Shown piece after piece: positions 9,229 to 18,063 of a stretch of DNA of 64,000 nucleotides. Below the pieces are notes generated by a model. The model had not been told where the DNA came from and made no database searches. It saw only the letters and a program-made list of their open reading frames with translations. The position numbers and the translations under genes were made by a program. How positions within the stretch are numbered: the stretch's first letter is position 1; every line of letters begins with the position of its first letter. Source of the stretch: Bacillota bacterium (GTDB lineage Bacteria > Bacillota > Negativicutes > Sporomusales > Sporomusaceae); NCBI GenBank assembly GCA_023443285.1, contig JAEZVB010000128.1:3385-67384 (forward strand), read 5' to 3'.

Positions 9229-9858
9229 ATGCTCCAGGTGTTCCAAACGTGGATAACTGCCTTTAAGCAAAACAAGTGGCTGATGGTGCTTGCTGTTTCC
9301 TTCCTATTAATATGCGCAATGCTTTTCTGGTTTTGGCAGCGTACACAGCAAGCGGAAGAAAAGTATCGGCAGGCGGTGGTGCTGCAGCAGGAACAATTGG
9401 AACAGGCGCAGGAACTTGGCAAAGTCCTTCATATCTCACAGATGAACGCTAGGGAACTGCAGGCGGCTTATGATGCACTGAAAGCTAAGCCGCCTGTTGC
9501 CAGTTTTTCCGTAAACGCGCCATCGCTAGTGGTTGCGGCTGAGCAGGTGGCGGAGAGAATTAATAAACAGGATACTACTCTGCCGACTGCCGCACTGGAA
9601 AAAACAGACCGGACGGCGGTGGTCAAAAACGATAACGAATATAAAGTGGATGTGCTGAAAATTAATCTGGACAAAACTTGGGAACTTTCCGCAGGGATAG
9701 GAAGTCACCGCGGTGATACCTATATTCCGGTTGGGGTGCAGAGAAACTATGCTGCGAATAAGGCCGTGGCAGCGGAAGTGCATCTGGTGCTGGAAGATTT
9801 GGCGAAGGGAAAAATAAAGACCTCCGGCTGGGAGATCAAGCATGTGTGGCGGTTTTGA
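9229..9858 (+). CDS. membrane-anchored coiled-coil protein downstream of the endolysin (possible spanin-like lysis accessory)
   Basis: RBS GGTGGAGGG, with the ATG 3 nt after the amidase stop. It has an N-terminal TM segment (WLMVLAVSFLLICAMLFWFW) followed by a Q/E-rich helix. Function is inferred from position only. Confidence 0.55.
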   Translation: MLQVFQTWITAFKQNKWLMVLAVSFLLICAMLFWFWQRTQQAEEKYRQAVVLQQEQLEQAQELGKVLHISQMNARELQAAYDALKAKPPVASFSVNAPSLVVAAEQVAERINKQDTTLPTAALEKTDRTAVVKNDNEYKVDVLKINLDKTWELSAGIGSHRGDTYIPVGVQRNYAANKAVAAEVHLVLEDLAKGKIKTSGWEIKHVWRF

Positions 9859-10130
9859 CCGGTTTATTTTTGTATATGAGGTTTTTAGAGAATTGACAAG
9901 CATGGTCGTACAATTATATTTGCTGAAGTATTTGTAGGGATTTAGTCACACTAGTTAAGCTGTCGTCTCGTGAGGTATCGACACAGATTGTGGTAAAGCG
10001 GACCATGATCCTTGTCAGCTTTTGCACCTTTGATGAAGATGTGCTATTCTGAGTTTGGGATATATTGTAAAGTGTGATTTTGAGTTGATATAATTCCAGA
10101 ACAGCAATTCCTGAGAGGTGAAGTAGTGAC

Positions 10131-11789
10131 ATGCTAACAGTTGAACAGTACATTTCCCAAATGAAGAAAAAGGAGAAACTTGACGAGTTTGACTTTAAGA
10201 ATCATGCGGAAAACATGGCCGCCGTGATGAAGTGTGTAGTGGAATACTTCAACACGTATCTAAACCCTGAGGAATATGATTACGAGGCGATAAAACTCGA
10301 GCAGTCGGCGGCAAAGGTCGAAAAAGAAATTGCTGATACGTTACCCCTTAGTAAAGACTTTATTATCGAGTACTATAAAAAGTATAAATCCCGAATTGAC
10401 AGAATGCTAAAATCGCATTTAAAAGGCTATGAATATATGGAACTGTTTTATAGTCGAGTTGACTTTGAAGATGTGGTAAACAGGTTTTGTGAAGACCGAA
10501 AAATGCAGGATACTGGGTTAGCCGAACACAAGGAAGAGCTTATCCTGTTAGCTCAAGAGCTAAAGGAACGTGCAACAGAGAAGCCGTCTCGCACCGGATA
10601 TAAGTATTTGGACGAAGCCTTGTTTTCTTGGATAAAGGATACATATGCGAATTTCAAGGTAAACCTGGTTGGCTTCGTCGGTGAAATTGCTTATGAGTAT
10701 TACGAAAAGTACGTAGAAGGCATCTACGATAGGAGCACCGAGCAGCATTACCATATTAATCGGTACAATCACCGATATAACAGCAATCCTTTCGGGATCG
10801 ATAGAATATATAAAGACAATTGCCATAGGCCGTTCATTGAAGGTTGCAAAGGTGAACTGGAAATGCTGATCATGTACGAATGGGTACACAGCTGGGTCGA
10901 AGATCCCGAGTATTGGCCGGAATATGTGAATCTTTGTGTCAACACTGGACGGGTTAACATCGTCCGCAATATGAACATTTTGCTTCCCGCAATCAATAAG
11001 GAGATTGGCTATCCGGAGGACATCAAGAGTTCGCTCGTGTATGTGGAAACGACTACCGGGGCTTTGAAGAGCGACCCTGACGGACCGTATATTTTACGTC
11101 TTACCTATGACAAGGAAAATGATCTTATCTGGAAAGACGACGGACAACTAGCCCACGTAATAGCCAACTTGCAGGAAACCTTTGCAGCGTACGGTCCACC
11201 ATGTGCTTTGGAACTGTACTCGCCTCTTCGATCCCCAACATATAACGAAAAAGAGTTTTTTGTTCGGTACAATCAGCTGGAGAAAAAACTAAAAAAATAC
11301 GCGAATATGGCTATTGCGCTAGTTAACGGACCGCAAAGACACAAAGCAAAACTGAGCTACTTGATGCAAACAACCGAGGATATAATCAAGATAAGGACGC
11401 TGGCCAAAGAAATGAAGTTTCGGCTTAAGATATCTCTAGACATCTCAAAGCTAATAACGAATAAAAACAATCACAGCCAATTTGAACAAGACTTCAATCA
11501 GCTAAGCGAGATGCGCCAATCGATCATTGGGGTGCACTTGGCCAACAGGTTCCCCAGTAGTAGTATCATTGATAGGATTTATAAGGACGACAAGGTGTAT
11601 CTGAATCAATACGAATACCCTAGATTATCGAATTATCTTGGGTCTATTTCGGCTCTTTTCAACGACAACCAGCGCCGCTATTTCGTACCAGAAGAAATTA
11701 AAAACCCAGAAGAACTCGAGGATTTGACAGACAACCTGCTAAGAGCCGGCTTTTCATTCATCGAATGGAAGGACGAACAACAACCATGA
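10131..11789 (+). CDS. hypothetical protein A (552 aa), no recognisable family
   Basis: Long ORF with RBS GAGAGGTGAAG. It carries an internal duplicated IDRIYKD heptapeptide (nt 10797-10817 and 11568-11588). No Walker A or nuclease motif is visible. Confidence 0.75.
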   Translation: MLTVEQYISQMKKKEKLDEFDFKNHAENMAAVMKCVVEYFNTYLNPEEYDYEAIKLEQSAAKVEKEIADTLPLSKDFIIEYYKKYKSRIDRMLKSHLKGYEYMELFYSRVDFEDVVNRFCEDRKMQDTGLAEHKEELILLAQELKERATEKPSRTGYKYLDEALFSWIKDTYANFKVNLVGFVGEIAYEYYEKYVEGIYDRSTEQHYHINRYNHRYNSNPFGIDRIYKDNCHRPFIEGCKGELEMLIMYEWVHSWVEDPEYWPEYVNLCVNTGRVNIVRNMNILLPAINKEIGYPEDIKSSLVYVETTTGALKSDPDGPYILRLTYDKENDLIWKDDGQLAHVIANLQETFAAYGPPCALELYSPLRSPTYNEKEFFVRYNQLEKKLKKYANMAIALVNGPQRHKAKLSYLMQTTEDIIKIRTLAKEMKFRLKISLDISKLITNKNNHSQFEQDFNQLSEMRQSIIGVHLANRFPSSSIIDRIYKDDKVYLNQYEYPRLSNYLGSISALFNDNQRRYFVPEEIKNPEELEDLTDNLLRAGFSFIEWKDEQQP

Positions 11790-13105
11790 ATACCGAAGAC
11801 GAAAGAACAAAGCTGTATAACGAAGTTTGGAGTGAGCCGGTGACTACCGTGGCAGAGCGTTACGGGATTTCCGACAACGGTCTGCGCAAACGCTGCATCA
11901 AGCTGCAGATTCCTCTGCCTCCGATCGGCTATTGGGCTAAATTGAAGGCCGGTGCCAAGGTGCCGAAGCCCAAATTGCCGGTACTGAAAGTTAAGGAGGA
12001 GACCATTGTTTTAAAGAATGTGAAAAACGAGCATGAAATGGAACTCATCGATTTTGGTGGGCAATCAACAGAAGAGTTGAAAAAGCTCGACGGACTCGAC
12101 GTGTTTACACCTCGTTCCCGAGAGGCATTCGCAAAGTGGTGCGGGAAGATCCATGTTTCCAAAAAAGGCGACTCATTTCATCCCCTGATCCTTGAATATC
12201 AAAAGGAGATTGAATACCGGAAGGTGCGTGACAAGGAACACCAGTTTCGTGATATGTTTCAGTTTAGGGATGTGACATACTTTCCTAAAGTAAAATACCG
12301 TGCTAATCAGGTGGTCTTGCCGATTAGTGTATCCGACAAGCAGAGCAATCGGGCCTGCCGGATCGTCGATACGCTGATAAAAGCTGTAGAAGAGCTAAAC
12401 GGTAAGGTTAAGCTCGGAAGTCCGCATTATAGCCAGCGAGAAGCGACAGACTGTGTTTTTATTACTTTATTTAAGGACTCTTTTTCCTTTCAGGTGAACG
12501 AAACGATGGCCAAACGGCGGGCTGTTATCGCCGCTATGCCGCCCGAAAACAGGACTCGCGAATTCAAGCCAATGTATGAGAAAGTGTTTACCGGCAAGCT
12601 GGAACTTGAACTCAAGCGAACTTCTGATTGCTGGGAAAAAGACAAGCTTGAGCAGGTCTTAACCCTTACTGATTCGGCTGAGAAATCTATAGAAGAGCAA
12701 TTGGGCGAGGCATTTCAATGGATGGTTAAAACTATCCAGGAGGCGAAAATCGCCTGGACCATACAGACCAGGGAAGAGGAAATAAGGGCGAGGGAACGAG
12801 AACGTCAGCGAACACTTGAGGAAGAAAAACAGAAAAAGTTGCAGGCGATCCTGGACATGGAGAAACGCCAGAAGCAGTTGGTCGAGAACATCGAGCAGCA
12901 GATGACCGGCTGGTTTAAAGCCCAGAAACTCCGACAATATGCCGATGAGATTGAGGCCTATGCAAAACAGGTTGTGGACCCCGATGAAAAAGAATCGCTG
13001 GACAGATATGTAAAATTGGTCAGAAGAAAGGCGGAAACAAGTGATCCGATTACCGAAATTGTCCAGGAGATTAAGGCAATAGGGGTAAAGACAGAGTTAT
13101 CTTAA
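11786..13105 (+). CDS. hypothetical protein B (439 aa): N-terminal HTH-like module plus long charged coiled coil
   Basis: ATGA start/stop overlap with gene A at 11786-11789. N-terminus is LYNEVWSEPVTTVAERYGISDNGLRKRCIKLQIPLPPIGYWAKLKAG. The C-terminal third is E/K/R/Q-rich (REEEIRARERERQRTLEEEKQKK..). Confidence 0.75.
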   Translation: MNTEDERTKLYNEVWSEPVTTVAERYGISDNGLRKRCIKLQIPLPPIGYWAKLKAGAKVPKPKLPVLKVKEETIVLKNVKNEHEMELIDFGGQSTEELKKLDGLDVFTPRSREAFAKWCGKIHVSKKGDSFHPLILEYQKEIEYRKVRDKEHQFRDMFQFRDVTYFPKVKYRANQVVLPISVSDKQSNRACRIVDTLIKAVEELNGKVKLGSPHYSQREATDCVFITLFKDSFSFQVNETMAKRRAVIAAMPPENRTREFKPMYEKVFTGKLELELKRTSDCWEKDKLEQVLTLTDSAEKSIEEQLGEAFQWMVKTIQEAKIAWTIQTREEEIRARERERQRTLEEEKQKKLQAILDMEKRQKQLVENIEQQMTGWFKAQKLRQYADEIEAYAKQVVDPDEKESLDRYVKLVRRKAETSDPITEIVQEIKAIGVKTELS

Positions 13106-13199
13106 GCAAGCAGAAATCCTCCGCCATGTATTTTTATAAATTAATTAAACGTATAATGCAAATTTATTCATGTATAAACTGTATAAATGAACCGAAAAA

Positions 13200-13240
13200 A
13201 GCCAGGAGGCCCGTAAGTCGCGCGGCTCCTGGCTTTTGTT
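13200..13240 (+). terminator. rho-independent terminator of the A-B operon
   Basis: 9-bp stem AGCCAGGAG / CTCCTGGCT followed by TTTTGTTG. Confidence 0.7.
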
Positions 13241-13426
13241 GTTTACACAATGGCTTTTATCGGACAGATATTGCTATTTTAGGATTAATATTAAATTTTT
13301 TCTATAATAATAGAGGAATTTGGAAGAGAAATGCGAATTAAATATTGTTTAAAATGGCAGTAAGAGTCAGATTTGAGCTAGTCTTACACGAGGAAACAAG
13401 AAAGATAACCTACTGTGAGGTGCATA

Positions 13427-14554
13427 ATGAACCCGTATTTCAGGCTAATATTACTGTATTTATTACCACCGATGGTTTTGTTATTAATAAACTTATATAT
13501 TTCTAATAGTCAATCAGAATGGCTTATTATTAAAGCTTTAAAGTATCATTTGTTTGAAACAAATGTTATAGTTGTCTTGACAATAGTATGGCTAGTTTTC
13601 GTTTGCTTTCAAGATTTTACAAAGTATTTACAAAATGAAGCGGAGAAAAAACAACAAGAACTGAAGGAGATTATAAAAGAAAAGAATGTCCTTCTAGCTT
13701 CGAAGGCCGGCGCATTAATCGAGAAATATAGCGATTTATACCAATATCAAGCTAAGGAAGCAATTGGGCAAGTACTAAAAAAGTTTACGTTAAATAATGA
13801 AATAATACATTCTGCTCAACTGTATAAATACTCAAAAAAACTTTTTGATGATTATGCAGTCGTTAAAGTTGACTATGTAAACGGCTATGTCTCGGAAGAT
13901 GTAGATATCAACGCGATGATCCAAAGTTACTATAAACTACCTACTGAAGTTTATAAAGAAGTTAATGAAATACTCGAGATTAAGAAGAAATTAGATACCC
14001 TTTTACTTGGTAATGCCAAAAGTGTAGACGGTTTGATGACGGAAGCTTTAATTGAAGCACAAATTCAACAAGAACTACAAAATAAGACGCTAGCGTTTAT
14101 TCGGAAATATAAGAGCTCTATTGATAATAAATCGTTAGACGGATTAACAGAGCTCGATGCAATTATGTTATCGCTGTTTGAGTTGGTTTCAGAAATTTTG
14201 CTCATCAATCCTCAGCAAAGCGTGGATATGTGGGAACTTGAAATTTTTGACCATAGTAGAACTGAGGTCTTAAGAGGGTTCAAACGGGTTGGGATTCTGG
14301 CTGGAATTCTCAAAATTAACGAATATATTTTTCGGAATGAAGGGAAGAGTAACAAGAGAGGTCGAATATATATTACAAGATGCTTTGAGATTAACAATCA
14401 GAAATACATCGTCCTTCTTTCAATATTACCAACGGTTGTTACTTATCCTAAGTGGCAAGCCCATATTACGGGCCTTACTGGGGAACTTATTAGTAGCTTG
14501 CTTGACGATTCCAACATAGTATATAATAAAGAAGAGGAGGATGTGGAACTATGA
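13427..14554 (+). CDS. hypothetical 2-TM membrane protein C (375 aa)
   Basis: RBS GTGAGG 6 nt before the ATG. It has two N-terminal hydrophobic helices (FRLILLYLLPPMVLLLINLYI; VIVVLTIVWLVFVCF), then a K/E-rich helix and a soluble domain of about 270 aa. Codon usage is markedly AT-rich compared with its neighbours. Confidence 0.7.
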   Translation: MNPYFRLILLYLLPPMVLLLINLYISNSQSEWLIIKALKYHLFETNVIVVLTIVWLVFVCFQDFTKYLQNEAEKKQQELKEIIKEKNVLLASKAGALIEKYSDLYQYQAKEAIGQVLKKFTLNNEIIHSAQLYKYSKKLFDDYAVVKVDYVNGYVSEDVDINAMIQSYYKLPTEVYKEVNEILEIKKKLDTLLLGNAKSVDGLMTEALIEAQIQQELQNKTLAFIRKYKSSIDNKSLDGLTELDAIMLSLFELVSEILLINPQQSVDMWELEIFDHSRTEVLRGFKRVGILAGILKINEYIFRNEGKSNKRGRIYITRCFEINNQKYIVLLSILPTVVTYPKWQAHITGLTGELISSLLDDSNIVYNKEEEDVEL

Positions 14555-14721
14555 CGAGTACAGCTGTATGTGTTGCTAAAAAAACCGATGTAATCGAACT
14601 GCTAAAGAGTGTTGGTATTACCGCTAGAAAGCTAGACCCATCTGAAGCACTATCTAAGAGTTGGGTTATCCCATCTAATGATAGAAGGGGTATGATTAAG
14701 ATAAAATTCAAAGAGAAATAA
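14551..14721 (+). CDS. small hypothetical protein D (56 aa), translationally coupled to C
   Basis: ATGA overlap at 14551-14554. The ORF (MTSTAVCVAKKTDVIELLKSVGITARKLDPSEALSKSWVIPSNDRRGMIKIKFKEK) ends 6 nt before a terminator. It falls below the ORF-track size cutoff. Confidence 0.5.
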   Translation: MTSTAVCVAKKTDVIELLKSVGITARKLDPSEALSKSWVIPSNDRRGMIKIKFKEK

Positions 14722-14727
14722 TAATTG

Positions 14728-14752
14728 GGCTGCCAGATATGGCAGTTTTTTC
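14728..14752 (+). terminator. rho-independent terminator of the C-D operon
   Basis: Stem CTGCCA / TGGCAG with loop GATA, followed by TTTTTTC. Confidence 0.7.
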
Positions 14753-15351
14753 TTTATCACACGTGATGAATTACGCGATACCCTTTTCTCAAAGGGGCTA
14801 AAATTTTTCGCAAAATCCTATTTCGCGTATTAGTATCGTCTTTCTATCCAAACACAGTGCGTTTAGGCGAACATAACAACCGCTGGTTTCTTTCCACCGA
14901 ATATCCGCCCCACATGCGTATGGTAAATGTGACAATATAAAAAATTAGGGCAATCTGGGGGACGGCTACAATTCAATCGTATTCCGGGCGGCTATCGTGA
15001 TGATGAATGTTAGAATTATAAAGCAGACATCATGTTGTGGTCTGCAGTGATTTTTTGCATGAATAGCTGTCTTTTAGCGATTTGCCGATAGGGGTTTCAA
15101 TTTTAACGATTTCTAGTGGTGCAATGCACCGAGAGGTGCAAGGTGGTGCATTCTATCCATAAGTAGTTACTGTGCCAGAAGGAAATGTTGAGTTTTCGCA
15201 GGTTTGCGGGAACTCTTTTTGTTGTTTGAAAAGCTGGAAGGCAATCTAAAATGATTTATTTATTAATTTTTGCGTAATTTAAAAGGATTTATCATATTGG
15301 TACGGTAAATATATATATATAAATATTGTTATTTTTTGGAGGAACATATAC

Positions 15352-16128
15352 ATGACATTATTGTTAGAGCAAACACGGGAAATAAATCAGCTATTACAAA
15401 AATCTGAAAAGGTGGATTACGGTAAGGTTGCTGATCTTCTCAGCAGGTGCATAGAAGCTAATGTTTATCTGATTGGTAAAGATGGAGCCATTCTCGGATA
15501 TGCCTTGAAAGCTGGCTTTGAATGCGAAAGCCTGCTAGAAGGCGTATTAGAGAAAGGACGTTTCCCGGAAGAGTACATGAAAACGTTGAAAAGTGTTCGT
15601 GAGACTGCTTGTAATATTCATCTTAATAACAAGTGCTGTGTATTTGATGAAAATTTAAAAATATGTCCTATTGGTGAGAAATACAGCATTATAGTTCCTG
15701 TTGTTGGGGTTGGTAAACGTCTGGGGTCTTTATTGATTGCCAAATTTCATGTAGAATTTACTGAAGATGAGTTAGTATTGGCTGAATATGGTGCTACCAT
15801 GCTAGGCATGGATATGCTGCGAGGTAGGATGGATAGGCTAGAAGATGATACTCGCAAAAGAACTACAGTACGGGTCGCTTTAAGTACGCTTTCTTATTCT
15901 GAGTTTGAAGCGGCAACACATATTTTGAATGAACTTGACGGCGACGAGGGTTTGCTTGTGGCCAGCAAAATTGCTGATCGTGTAGGAATAACCAGGTCGG
16001 TTATTGTCAATGCTTTGAGAAAACTTGAGAGTGCTGGCGTGATTGAGTCTAAATCGCTTGGTATGAAAGGCACATATATAAGAATTATCAATGAGTATCT
16101 GCTTGAAGAGTTTAATAAGAAAAAGTAG
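15352..16128 (+). CDS. codY: GTP-sensing pleiotropic transcriptional repressor CodY
   Basis: 258 aa with an N-terminal GAF-like region and the diagnostic C-terminal wHTH ASKIADRVGITRSVIVNALRKLESAGVIESKSLGMKGTYI. Confidence 0.95.
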   Translation: MTLLLEQTREINQLLQKSEKVDYGKVADLLSRCIEANVYLIGKDGAILGYALKAGFECESLLEGVLEKGRFPEEYMKTLKSVRETACNIHLNNKCCVFDENLKICPIGEKYSIIVPVVGVGKRLGSLLIAKFHVEFTEDELVLAEYGATMLGMDMLRGRMDRLEDDTRKRTTVRVALSTLSYSEFEAATHILNELDGDEGLLVASKIADRVGITRSVIVNALRKLESAGVIESKSLGMKGTYIRIINEYLLEEFNKKK

Positions 16129-16145
16129 TAATGGTGAAATATAAT

Positions 16146-16202
16146 AAAAAGTACCGTCCAATATGGTCATCATAATAATGACCATATTGGGCGGTACTTT
16201 TT
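16146..16202. terminator. bidirectional terminator between codY and the convergent STAS gene
   Basis: Stem of about 24 bp (AAAAGTACCGTCCAATATGGTCAT / ATGACCATATTGGGCGGTACTTTT, one G-U) with A/T runs on both sides. Confidence 0.8.
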
Positions 16203-16241
16203 ATGGAGGGTTATTTTTGTACAAGGATTTTAGTTTAAAAT

Positions 16242-17213
16242 TTACAATGTATTATCATGAATAATATCAAAATACTTATTGCGCGCGCGCATGATGTCGG
16301 TGTCGGAAAGTTCATGATCCTTAAGCTGGCAGACAAATCTTCCGACTACAGTATTGCTGGGATCTAGCAGGATAATAATATTTTTCATGGTTTCTCCAGC
16401 ATAACCGGAGTACGGATAATTTTCAATAATGGCAAATATAGCTATTTTTTGGTTGTGCAGGTTTCTTAGATAATTTGCTGCCTCTGAATCGACAGAAACC
16501 CGGTCTACCCATAATACAACAGAAATTAAATCATAATGATCCTCAGGCGAAGCGTGTTTAATGGCGATACAGGGAACGTCCTCCTGCGTTGTTTGCCTAA
16601 TAGCCTGGGCAAGTTGCTCTACAACGGCAGGCTTGCTTGAATAAACAAGCTGCATTTTGGGCGGGACTGGCTGGGAGATAACCGTTTCATCAAGCTGGGT
16701 GCTTGGAATAATAAGTACCCGCGCATCTTTAATGTCTTGTTCCAGATTTTGGCGAATGAGATTAACTGTTTGTTGTACTTCTTTCATTGATTTGTTGGCG
16801 TCAAAATCAAGAAATATTTCGACATTGGCAATGTCGTTTTCCAGATAAACCTTGAGATCAAGTACGTCTTCGTAATATTCAAAATAAGTAACCAAATGCC
16901 TCAGGACAACTACCGCAACCGATTCTTCCACACTGTAGAACTTAAATAAATGCAGCTGCTGCATAGAGGCTTTAACTTCAGGCTTTATCCGGCAAATTCC
17001 GAGCTGGCCGTCTTTTTTGCCAAGGAATCGGGCTACATTGACTAGCTCTTCTGCTCCCTCTTGTGAGAGAAATTCAGTAGCAGAGAAATCGCAGATAATT
17101 TTCCGGGCGCCGTCGTTGATAAGTTTAATCAAATTGGCTTTTAGGACAACAGTAGCTTCCTCATCAATTCGGGGAGATAGCGTGATAGTTTTAACTGTTT
17201 TACTGTCTGCCAT
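16242..17213 (-). CDS. STAS-domain protein (anti-sigma-antagonist-like N-terminus) with an uncharacterised C-terminal domain
   Basis: N-terminal 110 aa follow the SpoIIAA/STAS pattern (..ICDFSATEFLSQEGAEELV..). The remaining 210 aa are unassigned. Confidence 0.6.
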   Translation of the reverse strand: MADSKTVKTITLSPRIDEEATVVLKANLIKLINDGARKIICDFSATEFLSQEGAEELVNVARFLGKKDGQLGICRIKPEVKASMQQLHLFKFYSVEESVAVVVLRHLVTYFEYYEDVLDLKVYLENDIANVEIFLDFDANKSMKEVQQTVNLIRQNLEQDIKDARVLIIPSTQLDETVISQPVPPKMQLVYSSKPAVVEQLAQAIRQTTQEDVPCIAIKHASPEDHYDLISVVLWVDRVSVDSEAANYLRNLHNQKIAIFAIIENYPYSGYAGETMKNIIILLDPSNTVVGRFVCQLKDHELSDTDIMRARNKYFDIIHDNTL

Positions 17214-17609
17214 AATGGTTCTCCTTTTATGGAAAATTGTGTATGATTAATTATAACAGGAGTATGTTTTAGCTGCAATCATATAAGACATAGACAATTA
17301 GTGTAGATATAGAATATTTTTAGAAAATGTTTATTGACAAGTATCTGCAGTTACTATATTATAATAACAAGATTGGCAGTAATGCCATACTCTCTTCTCC
17401 TTTTTTTAAAAACATATATTCCGTTTTTACTCCTGCCGTTGATGCGGGGGTTTTTTCTTTTATTTTTGAAAGCTCGTTTTTCAAGCAATCTGGCAATCTG
17501 ACATTGACAAAAAAGTCCAAGGAAGAGTACAATGAAGGAGTAATTGTTTCTACCAGCATGCTGATAGCGTGCTTTTTTATTTACCATCAAACAGGAATAG
17601 GATAGGTAT

Positions 17610-18014
17610 ATGATTACTGTAAGAGAAAAAGTAAGATTTGTTGAAACCGATATGATGGGAGTGGTGCATCACTCCAATTATTTCCGCTGGTTTGAGATTG
17701 CCAGGGTTGAGTATTTGCGGCAAGTTGGCATTTTGCTGACTGATATGATGGCTGAAGATATTGTTTTTCCAATTACCAATGTAGATTGCAAATATGTAGC
17801 ATCAGCTAAATTTGATGACTATATTCTGATTGAAGCTGTTTTGGCGAATGTATCTAAAGTTAAAATGGTCTTTACTTACCGCGTGCTGAGAGAACAGGAT
17901 GGGGCACTGCTGGCTACTGGCAGTACGCAAAATGCATTTACCAACAAACAAGGGAAAATAATTCGTCTGCCGGATAAGTATTACGAAAAATTACATAAAC
18001 CTTCTCAAAATTAA
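17610..18014 (+). CDS. acyl-CoA thioesterase, 4HBT/YbgC family
   Basis: 134 aa hotdog-fold signature VRFVETDMMGVVHHSNYFRWFEIARVEYL. Confidence 0.85.
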   Translation: MITVREKVRFVETDMMGVVHHSNYFRWFEIARVEYLRQVGILLTDMMAEDIVFPITNVDCKYVASAKFDDYILIEAVLANVSKVKMVFTYRVLREQDGALLATGSTQNAFTNKQGKIIRLPDKYYEKLHKPSQN

Positions 18015-18063
18015 GGCTGTTTGGCGCCGATAATGTTCACAGCTTTGCTGCTGCATATTATAT

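Noticed and set aside
13126-13341. ORF 13126..13341 (71 aa) between the A-B and C-D operons
   Set aside because: It spans the A-B terminator hairpin and an AT-rich promoter region. It has no RBS and an implausible composition.
14490-14711. Minus-strand ORF 14490..14711 (73 aa)
   Set aside because: It is antisense to the C/D junction. The plus-strand 56-aa ORF with an ATGA coupling and a downstream terminator explains the region better.
17327-17605. ORFs 17327..17605 (+) and 17354..17590 / 17359..17559 (-)
   Set aside because: They lie in an AT-rich intergenic leader that contains promoter boxes and two hairpin/T-run elements. They have no RBS, and the overlapping ORFs on both strands suggest chance open frames.
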